This document shows positions 1-9,181 of a stretch of DNA of 23,230 bases, in pieces. Positions within the stretch are counted from its first letter, which is position 1. Every line of letters begins with the position of its first letter. The stretch covers positions 1-23,230 of the forward strand of contig JBHLLF010000041.1 in NCBI GenBank assembly GCA_048885865.1, read 5' to 3'. The position numbers were made by a program, and so were the translations under genes. Under the pieces are notes generated by a model. The model made no database searches. It was not told the origin of the DNA and worked only from the letters and a program-made list of their open reading frames with translations. This stretch comes from Candidatus Hermodarchaeota archaeon. Lineage in GTDB: Archaea > Asgardarchaeota > Thorarchaeia > Thorarchaeales > Thorarchaeaceae.

Positions 1-93
1 GAACCCTTGTCTTAATCTCTGTCAAGAATTATCTCCCGGCTTGTCGTGAGCGGCTGCACATTTATTCTTTGAGTCGATATCTAGTCTTGGGCG

Positions 94-1338
94 CTAGTTC
101 CTAGGCCCCTGTCGCAGAACTCTGCTATATCCAAACTCATCTCTATCAATCCGCTGAATTGGAATGAGCAGCCGGAAAGCACACCCATCCCTATCTACCA
201 AATCGATAAGCTCAATCGTCCCACCCAAGTGCTCAATAATCGATTTTGTGAGATAGAGGCCCATTCCAGCTCCTCCTTTTGTTGTAAATCCCTTTTCGAA
301 TATAACGCTTCGAAATTGGATTGGAACTCCCGGACCATCATCACAGAATATGACTTCTAGAAGCTCACTCTGCATTTTGACCATAATCTCAACTCTAGGA
401 TTACTCCCAGCATGCTGAGATACGTTTCGAATCATATTCGAAAAGACTGTACTGACGAGTCTGCTGCGAGGGCGAACTTGTCGAGCTTCACTGTCTGCAC
501 TGATTTCAATTGTGAGATTCCTATCCATCAATCTAGCCAGCTCTGAAATATACTCAAGCATCGAAACCACATTCTCGAACTCCTCGGGAACAGGAGATGA
601 AAATAGTCTAAGCAAACTCGCCATTCGTTCTCCAGCAGCGAGAGATGTCCTCAGCTGATCAGAAATTCGTCCTTCTTGAGGTGGAAGCATCAACGATGAG
701 AGCTCGATACCTCCAATGACTACCTGCATATCGTTGCCTAGGTCATGAGTTAATATTGACGTGTATATTTGCAGCTCTTTTTGTCGTTCATCCAAGTCCC
801 TATTTCGTTTCTCAAGTTGCTCTACATAGTACATGTGCGTCCAGTTTCCCAGCAAAATTAGGATTGTTAGGGCGATTTCAGCCGCGATTACTTCAGCTGC
901 GACTCCAATGGCAATCCCTGGATGGACAATGACTGTCAGAACAAGAGCTGCATTCAACAGGAGCCCCAGTATCGTTTCAGATCTCGGACTTAGGATTTGA
1001 CTGCCAATAACTACAGCCAGAACAGGCCACGTGAAAATTTGGAACATAAGCCCGCGTTGGTCCCAAACAGGATTGGAAGACAATGCAATGAATGGTAATA
1101 TCGAAACTAGAACTATCCCGATCTTCGCTGTGATCTCATAATGCTTAGTTCTACTGACTAGATAGAGAAAAGCGGAGAGAAATGTCATTGTGGTATAAAG
1201 CGGCATACCTTGAATGACAAGGCTTGTTATTTGCAGTATAGGGAAGACGCAACAGCCTGCAAACAGAGCGAGGGAAACATATCTTGCTTTTAGTGTAGGA
1301 CCTCCTGGTTCTACTTCAGGCGCGGGTTCTGTCAGCAA
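94..1338 (-). CDS. Membrane-bound sensor histidine kinase (about 5-6 N-terminal TM helices, HisKA-like and HATPase_c domains)
   Basis: H-box THDLGNDMQVV, N-box FSNMIRNVSQHA, G1 DDGPGV, F-box IFEKGFTT and G2 GAGMGLYL. The N-terminal ~165 aa are hydrophobic and are followed by a coiled coil (EQLEKRNRDLDERQKEL). The TTG start is uncertain. Confidence 0.93.
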   Translation of the reverse strand: MLTEPAPEVEPGGPTLKARYVSLALFAGCCVFPILQITSLVIQGMPLYTTMTFLSAFLYLVSRTKHYEITAKIGIVLVSILPFIALSSNPVWDQRGLMFQIFTWPVLAVVIGSQILSPRSETILGLLLNAALVLTVIVHPGIAIGVAAEVIAAEIALTILILLGNWTHMYYVEQLEKRNRDLDERQKELQIYTSILTHDLGNDMQVVIGGIELSSLMLPPQEGRISDQLRTSLAAGERMASLLRLFSSPVPEEFENVVSMLEYISELARLMDRNLTIEISADSEARQVRPRSRLVSTVFSNMIRNVSQHAGSNPRVEIMVKMQSELLEVIFCDDGPGVPIQFRSVIFEKGFTTKGGAGMGLYLTKSIIEHLGGTIELIDLVDRDGCAFRLLIPIQRIDRDEFGYSRVLRQGPRN

Positions 1339-1536
1339 GTAGGGGAGGTCTACGATTCTCCGTAAGATGTATTTTGTATCAATGCCCCTTCTGACCGGCA
1401 GTTCTGGTCAACTCCAATTGATAGTGTGGACCTATTCGGATGGCTTGAGCTAGCCCAATAGAATTGTTTTATCTATTCATATTTCTTATTACGTAGTACT
1501 GACTCCCCACGCTTAGCTATTGGAGACGAAGCACCA

Positions 1537-4134
1537 TTGAGTAGAGAAATCGCACGCATGGGCTTCAGAAACGCCTTCCGAAGAAGGCGTGTCGCAGTGT
1601 TCACGGTTATTTCAATTGCCATCGCAGTGAGTCTCCTATACACTGCGCTATCGGCAAGCACAAGTCTCCAGAATAGTGCTAATCTCTTTCTGCAGGACAC
1701 ACTGTCGCCGATTGATATCACAGTTTCAAATGGTGGTGTGTGGAACAGACGAATTACAACTGATATGAGAGCCCAGATTGGGCGTATCCCCGGCGTAACA
1801 AACACTATTCCCAGAATTGAAGAGTATGTTTGGGTTGAGAACGGAACTGAAACCGTCTATCTGATTCTGGTGGGGCTCGACTTACAGCAAGAGCAACATA
1901 TAGGTAGCCTCAATTCAACCGAAGGGATTCTCGATTTCTCAAACAACAGATGTTTCCTGACTAGGGAAGCGGTGAATCTTCTAAACCTAAGTGTTGGTGA
2001 TGAACTACAGCTTTCAACTACAGCGGGCTTCCAGTTCCTAAATGTCAGTGGCTATGGATTAGCACTCGACAAGGGTGTCATAGGACCCGTTGTTTTTGTT
2101 TCTCTGGAGACAGCACATTCCATCTATCATATTAGATATCCTGAGGATTCAGTGGGGAAGCTGCTTGTGGAAATCGATAACATTTTCGGAGCGCCAGAAG
2201 TTGTGAACCATATATCTCAACTCCTTGGTGAGGATTTTATTGTTTCAAATGTCAAGATGTATCCCCTTGAGCTTGCCAATATCTTCCTCGCTCAAGCACG
2301 GACAATTCTGTTGGCACTAGTTGCTGCAGCCTGCTTCATTGCTGTCTTCAGAGTCTTTTCCGCTTTTGCTATGGTCTTCAATGAGAGGAGATATGAAACG
2401 GGCGTGGTCCTCGCATTCGGCGCCCCAAGAGCAAAGGTACTCATGCTGTTTATGTCGGAAATTGGGACAATAGGACTCATTGGTGCCTTTTTTGGCGGCA
2501 TTCTTGGTCTTGCAATGGGTGCGGTTGTGATTCAGTTTGCTGTTCTTCTACTCTCAATTATGGCCATCTCCCCAACATCAAGTTTCATCGCGTCTGTGAA
2601 TGCAATTGACCCCATGTTGATGCTACTTGCAGGTCTTATTGGAATCTTCCTAACACTCCTAGCTGGTTATCTTCCTGCTTGGAGGGCATCAAAAGGATCT
2701 GTTGTAGAAAGCATTGGCTCAGGCCCCATTGCACCATCGCAACGCAAAGGTGCTGTGACTCCAAAAACAAGAAGACGCATTCAATGGGTTCTGATATCCA
2801 TCTCAGCGGTTCTTGTTGCATTAGTGTTCGTTCAGATGTTTTCCGATTTGTTTGGATTACACTGGATATCATCCGACCTCATTCGAATTGCTTCTATACC
2901 TGCATTCCTGATGGCTGTTGTTTCATTATCACCAAAGCTTGCCAACTCCGAACTCGTTATTCGTCCTTTGGTATCGCGGTCCTCCCAGGTAATTCAATCA
3001 ATGGCGACAAAGAACATCAAACGGAACACACTGAGTGGATTGGTTATTTTCAATCTCTTTGTTTCGGTGACTGTGCTTTTTATTGCATCAACTAATGTAG
3101 GGTTGGCTATATCAGAATCATGGAGCGCCAATCTTGGTTGGCAAACAAGCTCTGCCAACATTGTTGTTTACATGGACCCCCCAGGACAAATCGAGTTCAT
3201 TGAAGATGTTGAAGATATGGCGAATGTCACTGAAGCCGTAGCAATGAACCAGGGACTTGCAGACATAATTAGTCCAGTCAAAACAGAATTTGGACTAATT
3301 ATGGGCATACGACCTGAAGGATTCTCGCGCTTGGCATCACTCTCATTGCTCATCCAACAAAATCAATCATTGGGGTTCCTTGCAATAAATGAACCATATA
3401 CTTGTATCCTATCTGAGTATTCAGCCGAGGCGCTGAGTGTTGATATTGGAGATTATATTGAAATTGGAGCGGCTGAGGATGTTCAGGTCGTCGGGATATG
3501 CGAGTCAGCAGTTCCGGTGTTTGTAGTCAGTGTTGTGAACCCTAATTTTGCGATAGTGGGAGCAGAAACATGGGAAATCGTTCGTGAGCAGGAATTCATG
3601 GTTGGGAGTGTTTTGATTGATTCATCCGATCCTGATGCCACTATTGCCGATATCATAATGACACCAAATGCGCATCCAGTGCTGGTATCTTCATTGGAGG
3701 CCGACTACGAGGCCGCACTGAATGCAATTCAAGTGGTGGTCAATGCGTCGCTGGCTACGCTATTTCTCGTAACCTTGGCGAGCGCATTTTTGAGTAGCTG
3801 GTCAATAGCATCTACTCGAAGGCGCGAGATTGGCATGCTGTCTGCTCTCGGAATGACTCAATCAGAGATCGCCAGTACATTGACAGCTGAGAGCGCGAGT
3901 GGTATGATATCAGGTGTTGGTGTGGGTGTTGCAATTGGCCTCACCGTACAAGTTGCACTATCAGATATAATAATGCGATTCACTGGCGGTGTGGTACATC
4001 TCGTAAATCCGGGAATTGCGTTTCTCATTGTGTTCTCCCTCGTAGGTTCAATTGCCGCTTCCTACTACGCCATCCGGAATACTACAAAGACTCGAGTTGT
4101 TGGTCTTCTGCGCGATTTGGGGCGTGGCAGATGA
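1537..4134 (+). CDS. ABC transporter permease, FtsX/MacB family, internally duplicated (about 10 TM helices, two extracytoplasmic domains)
   Basis: Starts with FRNAFRRRR plus a TM helix. Two FtsX signature segments (NERRYETGVVLAFGA and STRRREIGMLSALGM) and GYLPAWRAS. TTG start with GGAG at 1522-1525. Confidence 0.92.
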   Translation: MSREIARMGFRNAFRRRRVAVFTVISIAIAVSLLYTALSASTSLQNSANLFLQDTLSPIDITVSNGGVWNRRITTDMRAQIGRIPGVTNTIPRIEEYVWVENGTETVYLILVGLDLQQEQHIGSLNSTEGILDFSNNRCFLTREAVNLLNLSVGDELQLSTTAGFQFLNVSGYGLALDKGVIGPVVFVSLETAHSIYHIRYPEDSVGKLLVEIDNIFGAPEVVNHISQLLGEDFIVSNVKMYPLELANIFLAQARTILLALVAAACFIAVFRVFSAFAMVFNERRYETGVVLAFGAPRAKVLMLFMSEIGTIGLIGAFFGGILGLAMGAVVIQFAVLLLSIMAISPTSSFIASVNAIDPMLMLLAGLIGIFLTLLAGYLPAWRASKGSVVESIGSGPIAPSQRKGAVTPKTRRRIQWVLISISAVLVALVFVQMFSDLFGLHWISSDLIRIASIPAFLMAVVSLSPKLANSELVIRPLVSRSSQVIQSMATKNIKRNTLSGLVIFNLFVSVTVLFIASTNVGLAISESWSANLGWQTSSANIVVYMDPPGQIEFIEDVEDMANVTEAVAMNQGLADIISPVKTEFGLIMGIRPEGFSRLASLSLLIQQNQSLGFLAINEPYTCILSEYSAEALSVDIGDYIEIGAAEDVQVVGICESAVPVFVVSVVNPNFAIVGAETWEIVREQEFMVGSVLIDSSDPDATIADIIMTPNAHPVLVSSLEADYEAALNAIQVVVNASLATLFLVTLASAFLSSWSIASTRRREIGMLSALGMTQSEIASTLTAESASGMISGVGVGVAIGLTVQVALSDIIMRFTGGVVHLVNPGIAFLIVFSLVGSIAASYYAIRNTTKTRVVGLLRDLGRGR

Positions 4135-4207
4135 TGAAACAGTCAAACTTAACGGAATGGGACGCACTTATATCGGACAAGCTAAATGTAGAATCGAGGT
4201 CAAGTTT

Positions 4208-4435
4208 ATGGCATCCGTACATATTCTGATTCAAGCGGAATCGGGACAGATGTGGGCTGTATCAGAAGCTCTCGAGAAGGTAGACCATGTTGAATCAGTT
4301 CATGTTGTCACTGGACCCTACGATATCATAGTCCGCCTCGAAATGCCAGTGGAGAATCTTCGAGCTGTGATGGATCATGTTCATGCTGTTCAAGGAATCA
4401 TTCGTACTGAAACTTGCATAGCAGTGCGGACCTAG
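4208..4435 (+). CDS. Stand-alone Lrp/AsnC ligand-binding (RAM) domain protein, 75 aa, no HTH
   Basis: VHVVTGPYDIIV and GIIRTETCIA are typical RAM motifs. Start reassigned from 4052 to ATG 4208 because GAGGT lies at 4196-4200 and the longer ORF overlaps the permease. Confidence 0.9.
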   Translation: MASVHILIQAESGQMWAVSEALEKVDHVESVHVVTGPYDIIVRLEMPVENLRAVMDHVHAVQGIIRTETCIAVRT

Positions 4436-4449
4436 AAATCTGACTCATA

Positions 4450-4510
4450 TGATAGCTGACTGGCTTGCATGGTGAAACCTAAGCGATTTTTTGATAGCTG
4501 ATTTTTATTT
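4450..4510 (+). promoter_or_regulatory. Direct repeat TGATAGCTGA (two copies) abutting a TATA-like box upstream of the methyltransferase
   Basis: Identical 10-mers at 4450-4459 and 4492-4501, followed by TTTTTATTT at 4502-4510. Confidence 0.4.
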
Positions 4511-4559
4511 GCGAAGGTCCTGGGAAATGCACGTCAGGCCAATGGCGGTGTAGGAAGCA

Positions 4560-5363
4560 TTGTCGTTCAAGTTTCTTACTGACATTGAGTATGCAACAGC
4601 ATTTCAGGAATTCGGCAATATGCGCAAAGCAATTGCTGAACTAGTTCATTCCTCAACGGAAGATAGAGCAAATCTAATTCTAGATGCTCCAGCGGGTCAT
4701 GGCTATCTGACTGCAGAGTTTGCTCACCTATTCCCCACAAGCAAGTTCATAGCTTTAGGCTTGAGAAATGATGTCGATTCATATGTTGCGCTGAGGAAAT
4801 CCGACTCATATCCCCAGAGGATTTGGACACATGTTGAATACATCGCTTCTGATGCATTGATGATTCCATTCCCTGATGGTGCCTTTGACTTAGTCATCAA
4901 TTTCCTAGGTCTGGAAGACATCCACATGACAAGAGGAATTGTGGGAGTCCAGGTTGCCCTCTCAGAGATGGCCCGGGTTCTTGATGAGAAAGGACTTCTC
5001 CAAATCAGTCTGGTTGAATATGGAGACCTTCCCGAAGAGAAAATTGCTCAGACTGTTTGGGCTGCTACAGGATTGAATCCCATTTTTGAAACCAGAGAAT
5101 GGTATCAAGGAGAGATTGAGTCGCTCGGATTGCGTCTGCTCGAAGAGAAGCAATTCATCTATCCAAAGAAGATGACAGCAGCTCAGGCAAGGGAAGAACT
5201 GAAGTTTGCCTGCAATGTTGCTCCTACAATCTTCTCCGAGTTTGGCGTTTCAGCTAGGAGCTTTGATGACCTTTGGTCAGAGTTTGAAGACCTCATTGAA
5301 GCTCATGGCATGGCCTATTGGTCTCGTATTCGAGTAATGCTATTTGAGCACAAGGAGAACTGA
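4560..5363 (+). CDS. Class I SAM-dependent methyltransferase (Methyltransf_11-like), substrate unknown
   Basis: Motif I ILDAPAGHG, DALMIPFPDGAFDLV and ALSEMARVL. TTG start preceded by AGGA. Confidence 0.88.
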   Translation: MSFKFLTDIEYATAFQEFGNMRKAIAELVHSSTEDRANLILDAPAGHGYLTAEFAHLFPTSKFIALGLRNDVDSYVALRKSDSYPQRIWTHVEYIASDALMIPFPDGAFDLVINFLGLEDIHMTRGIVGVQVALSEMARVLDEKGLLQISLVEYGDLPEEKIAQTVWAATGLNPIFETREWYQGEIESLGLRLLEEKQFIYPKKMTAAQAREELKFACNVAPTIFSEFGVSARSFDDLWSEFEDLIEAHGMAYWSRIRVMLFEHKEN

Positions 5364-6593
5364 CTATCGCCAGACTTTCTTCAGCAATGCCAGTGCATTT
5401 CCACCAATTACCTTGATGATCTCTTCATCCGAATATCCATTCTTTACCATCCATCGAGCGACATTATGTATCGCTTCACTGGGATTCTCAACACCCTTAA
5501 CATAGTCGGGTAGCTTGCTCTCATCTAGGTCAGGTGTTTGCCCTGGACGTGGATAGTGTCCCATGCCGGCTGTTGACAGGATTTCATCGTACACCTTGTA
5601 AAGGCCAACATGGTCACCATAGAGTGTATCCGGGCCACATCCGACATGATTGATTCCCATTAGCTCGATACAATACTCTAGGTGTTTTCCATAGGTGTCG
5701 ATTGAGGGAGTCTTGTTCTCATTGGTTGCAGTATATCCAGGCGCAGCCTCGATTCCAATCACACCGCCCTTCTCAGCTAATGTCTTCAGGACTTCATCAG
5801 GAACCATTCTCTTGATTGTGTGTACAGTTTTTGATCCAGCATGAGAGATAATTGGTGGCTTCTTCGCGGACTCGATTGTATCTAGAGCCGTCTGGTCGCT
5901 GACATGACTTACATCAACCAACATTCCAACCTTGTTCATACGAATGACTGCATCATAGCCGAAGTCAGTAAGTCCGCCATCACGCATCTCATCAAGTCCT
6001 GTCCCAAGTTGATTCGTTTCACTATAGACCAATCCCATTGATCTGATTCCAAGTCCGTAGAGAACGTCAATCCTGTCAACTTCGTTCTCAATGCATGTGG
6101 AGGACTCGAGCACTGCAACCCAAGCGAGTTTTCCAGTTTCAAACGCAGTGACAATATCTTCTACTCTCCGGCAGTGGATGACATAATCTTGGTGTGCAAT
6201 ATCGCAAAGTCGTTGTCCAAGATCATGAATGGTGTCGGTCCATTTCCATCCATGCTTTGAGGTTATATTTACCGAGCCATCCATCAAATTGTCAAAGACT
6301 GCATCGAGGTTTGTTTTGCTAAGAGCCTCATATGCCAGGCTGTCCCTGCCCTCGCGATTGACCAATAGAGAGTCCTTTGAGTCTGCAGGGTACAAAACCG
6401 GATGCTCATGAAGATCAATTACAATATTGTTCTCAAGAATCTCTTGCACGCGCTCCTCTTCAGTCTTCGAGAGCGGCACCTTGTAAGCCCAGTCCTTCTT
6501 CACAGGCTCCCGCCATTTGAACTCTCGATAGTCAACTCCTGGCGCGAGGTATTGATATGGCTTATAGCCGTCGTATTTCTTGTCTTTTCCCAT
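5364..6593 (-). CDS. Membrane/renal-type dipeptidase (peptidase M19, amidohydrolase fold)
   Basis: IDLHEH, LGIRSMGLVYSETN, GGLTDFG, MNKVGMLVDVSH, ISHAG, HVGCGPD and GYSDEEIIKVIGGN. Start placed at ATG 6593, with GGAGGAG just upstream; the ORF track starts at 6611. Confidence 0.92.
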   Translation of the reverse strand: MGKDKKYDGYKPYQYLAPGVDYREFKWREPVKKDWAYKVPLSKTEEERVQEILENNIVIDLHEHPVLYPADSKDSLLVNREGRDSLAYEALSKTNLDAVFDNLMDGSVNITSKHGWKWTDTIHDLGQRLCDIAHQDYVIHCRRVEDIVTAFETGKLAWVAVLESSTCIENEVDRIDVLYGLGIRSMGLVYSETNQLGTGLDEMRDGGLTDFGYDAVIRMNKVGMLVDVSHVSDQTALDTIESAKKPPIISHAGSKTVHTIKRMVPDEVLKTLAEKGGVIGIEAAPGYTATNENKTPSIDTYGKHLEYCIELMGINHVGCGPDTLYGDHVGLYKVYDEILSTAGMGHYPRPGQTPDLDESKLPDYVKGVENPSEAIHNVARWMVKNGYSDEEIIKVIGGNALALLKKVWR

Positions 6594-6611
6594 TTCATCT
6601 CCTCCAATCAT

Positions 6612-7355
6612 CTATTTCTTGAACACTGTATCCATGAGTTTTTCAAAGTCAGCTGCAGGATATGACAGGCGACTGTGTTTTAGATTCAAGTCTACGAACA
6701 TCTCAGCAGTCTTGATGGCAGCCTTCAAAGGATTCACAATTGGAATTGCTGGTTCCTGAATGACTTCGTCAGCCATTTTAAACGCCATCGACATGCATCC
6801 TAATACCAGACAACCTGCCCCCTTCGCCTTTGCTTTTCCAACTCCCGCTGACATCTCCCTAACAACACCATTTCCCCCGGAACCCCACATTTGTGCTATT
6901 GGCGTCTTTACAAACTCAATAGAGGCCAATCTACTCTCTAGTCCCATCTCTCTAATCCGAACTCTGACTCTGTCTTCTGACTCTACTCCAGCCTGCAGAG
7001 GCGTTAGCACACTAAATCTATCGGCGATCATGCAGGCAAGGTGATATGATGACTCAGCTGGACCAATTATTGGTATGTCCATCATCTCTCGTGCTGCAAC
7101 CAACCCAGGATCTCCGGCGCACCCTATAATGATTACATCATACTTGTCTTCTTTCTTAATCCGTAGCAGCCGTTCTAGCATCGGTCCGATTGACATGTAT
7201 TCCTCTATCGAAGACTCTATGGAGAGCGGACCCTCCCCAACCTCTTCAACGTGGAAGTTCGAGCCTGGTCGTATTATCGCAGTCCCTACCTCTTTACGGC
7301 GGCTCAATTCGTCCTCTGGCATTCCATCTCCTGGAATGAGGTACAGCAGTTCCAT
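6612..7355 (-). CDS. Asp/Glu/hydantoin (allantoin-type) racemase family protein
   Basis: Two catalytic cysteines in IIGCAGDPG and VLGCMSM, plus GPLSIES and IPIIGPAES. Lies in tandem with the dipeptidase. Confidence 0.9.
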   Translation of the reverse strand: MELLYLIPGDGMPEDELSRRKEVGTAIIRPGSNFHVEEVGEGPLSIESSIEEYMSIGPMLERLLRIKKEDKYDVIIIGCAGDPGLVAAREMMDIPIIGPAESSYHLACMIADRFSVLTPLQAGVESEDRVRVRIREMGLESRLASIEFVKTPIAQMWGSGGNGVVREMSAGVGKAKAKGAGCLVLGCMSMAFKMADEVIQEPAIPIVNPLKAAIKTAEMFVDLNLKHSRLSYPAADFEKLMDTVFKK

Positions 7356-7526
7356 GAGGTCTACCCGCCAATTTGCACACTAATCGAGTTATTATATTCT
7401 TTCTACCGGTCAACACTGAATTTTGGTGAGATTATCCATCCAACTAGAATCGAATACATCATACACGGCGTTATTAGTCATGAAAACACAGCAAATCCAA
7501 TTCACTTCAAACCATGGTGATATAAC

Positions 7527-7895
7527 ATGGCAGAAATCCCAATGCCTGGAGACGCTATGACACAACCAACTGGCGAGCGCCCCCTAGGAGTCATGATATT
7601 AGCGGTATTGAACTGGCTTCAAGCTCTACTTCTAATAGTCGGTGGAGTAATCATCTTTGCACTCCCATTTATTGGTGCAATAATAGGTGCGGTTGCAGTT
7701 CTGATTGGCTTATTCCTATTCTATGTGGGACTTGGCCTATGGAATTTGAGGAGTTGGGCTTGGATGTGGGCCATGCTGGTAAACATCATTGCTGCACTCA
7801 TCAATCTATTTGGTCAACAATGGTTCGCGCTTGTCATAAACATCGTAATCATTGTCTATCTGAATGCACCTAATATCAGGGAGCTATTTCGATAG
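7527..7895 (+). CDS. Small integral membrane protein (about 4 TM helices) of the RPLGVxILA-type archaeal family
   Basis: RPLGVMILAVL, GLWNLRSWAW and C-terminal YLNAPNIRELF. GGTGA ribosome-binding motif at 7516-7520. Confidence 0.85.
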   Translation: MAEIPMPGDAMTQPTGERPLGVMILAVLNWLQALLLIVGGVIIFALPFIGAIIGAVAVLIGLFLFYVGLGLWNLRSWAWMWAMLVNIIAALINLFGQQWFALVINIVIIVYLNAPNIRELFR

Positions 7896-7907
7896 GCAAT
7901 GAAGGAG

Positions 7908-7942
7908 TGAGGGGATTTAATTCCCTCATCCCACTTCTTTTT
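7908..7942 (+). terminator. Hairpin plus U-tract, putative intrinsic terminator
   Basis: TGAGGGGA-tttaa-TTCCCTCA stem (one G-U pair) followed by a pyrimidine/T run, just after the 7895 stop. Confidence 0.65.
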
Positions 7943-8008
7943 GCTCTCTATGTACCTTCTTTCTGTTAGTTGCTTCACATGCAACCGTTTATTGGAGTGT
8001 CGGCCTAG

Positions 8009-9085
8009 ATGGATTCGGAGAGAATATTGAATTCTGACTCAGAGTCCTGCGCGATGGTCGACCAGGGCTATCCCAGAGGATCATGCCTAGTTGAGGTGTC
8101 TGAAGGCAGGATGAAGCTTGCTTGCTCTGTCACATTGCGCCGTAGTGAGGGAATTGGCTATGAACGTCTGATAAAATCCCTTCATCTGTCGCGGCCAGAA
8201 GATTACCTCTCGATATATCAAAGCGGCTGCAATCATACTTGCCTCAAGTGCCATTCTCATGAGTTCAGCAAAATCGCATCAGGCAAGTGGATGTCTACAA
8301 AAGAAATTGCAGATGTCGCCAAGATATACCGTAAAGATGTTACTGTGTTCGAGCCAAGGAAGGCAGCAACCAGCTGGCATGCACATCGGCTCTGCAGACA
8401 TTGTGGTTCATGCGTTCTCTATGGAACGCGTCCCGAGGGGTGCCCAGCCAAACTAAGACCTGAACAAGTGGTTTTGAGTCCACAGGGATTTGGCCCTGCT
8501 AGAAACATAGTTGCGTTCACAGGCGGCGATATTCTCTGTAGGCCTGAGTTCTACATCGAGGCAACTCAGAAAATCAAAGAGGCAGCTAATGATCTCTGGG
8601 TTCTACTTGAAACCAATGGCTATGGGCTCACTCCAAGAAATCTTGAAGCCTTCGCAGAGGGAGGGATTGACGCATATTGGCTTGACATAAAGGCCTATAC
8701 TGAAGAAGTCTATCGGAAACTCTGTGGAACAACTAATGTGCATATACTATCATGCGTTGAGGAGATTGTGAATCATGGTTTTGCTCTTGAGATACTGACT
8801 CTCTACATACCTGGTTTTGTAGAAACAGATGAACATGTGAAAATCGCAAACCTTGTAGCAGAGATTGATTCCAAGATTCCCATGACACTCCTAGCATTCT
8901 TCCCATGCTACAAGCTTCAATCGCCGGATCATCGAGCACCCACCGCACAAGAGATGGCAGATAGTTACATTGCTATGCGGGAAGAAGGTCTTGAGAACTT
9001 GCGAATTGGGAACAAGGGGGTTTTTGTCAAGACTGAAGAGGACCTGCAGCATTTAGTTGACCTTATTGGACCTGAGGTCATTTGA
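8009..9085 (+). CDS. Radical SAM protein (PFL-activase/AmmeMemoRadiSam-like clade) with extra Cys motifs
   Basis: GCNHTCLKC (CxxxCxxC), VAFTGGD, LETNGY and WLDIKA. Additional CRHCGSC-x9-C insert. Confidence 0.92.
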   Translation: MDSERILNSDSESCAMVDQGYPRGSCLVEVSEGRMKLACSVTLRRSEGIGYERLIKSLHLSRPEDYLSIYQSGCNHTCLKCHSHEFSKIASGKWMSTKEIADVAKIYRKDVTVFEPRKAATSWHAHRLCRHCGSCVLYGTRPEGCPAKLRPEQVVLSPQGFGPARNIVAFTGGDILCRPEFYIEATQKIKEAANDLWVLLETNGYGLTPRNLEAFAEGGIDAYWLDIKAYTEEVYRKLCGTTNVHILSCVEEIVNHGFALEILTLYIPGFVETDEHVKIANLVAEIDSKIPMTLLAFFPCYKLQSPDHRAPTAQEMADSYIAMREEGLENLRIGNKGVFVKTEEDLQHLVDLIGPEVI

Positions 9086-9142
9086 ATCCAACCAGACCAA
9101 AGATGATCAGGAAGCCCTTACATGTCCAATTATGCACAAGCG

Positions 9143-9151
9143 GTTTTATTA
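9143..9151 (+). promoter_or_regulatory. Putative archaeal TATA box for the beta-propeller gene (nearly leaderless transcript)
   Basis: TTTTATTA about 30 nt upstream of ATG 9182. There is no clear GGAG/GGTG ribosome-binding motif. Confidence 0.45.
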
Positions 9152-9181
9152 GCAGATTCTTGAAAATATCTAGGGGCAAAA

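Noticed and set aside
4052-4207. N-terminal extension of the Lrp/AsnC ORF as a possible HTH domain
   Set aside because: It overlaps the permease 3' end and has no HTH pattern. A good ribosome-binding motif precedes ATG 4208.
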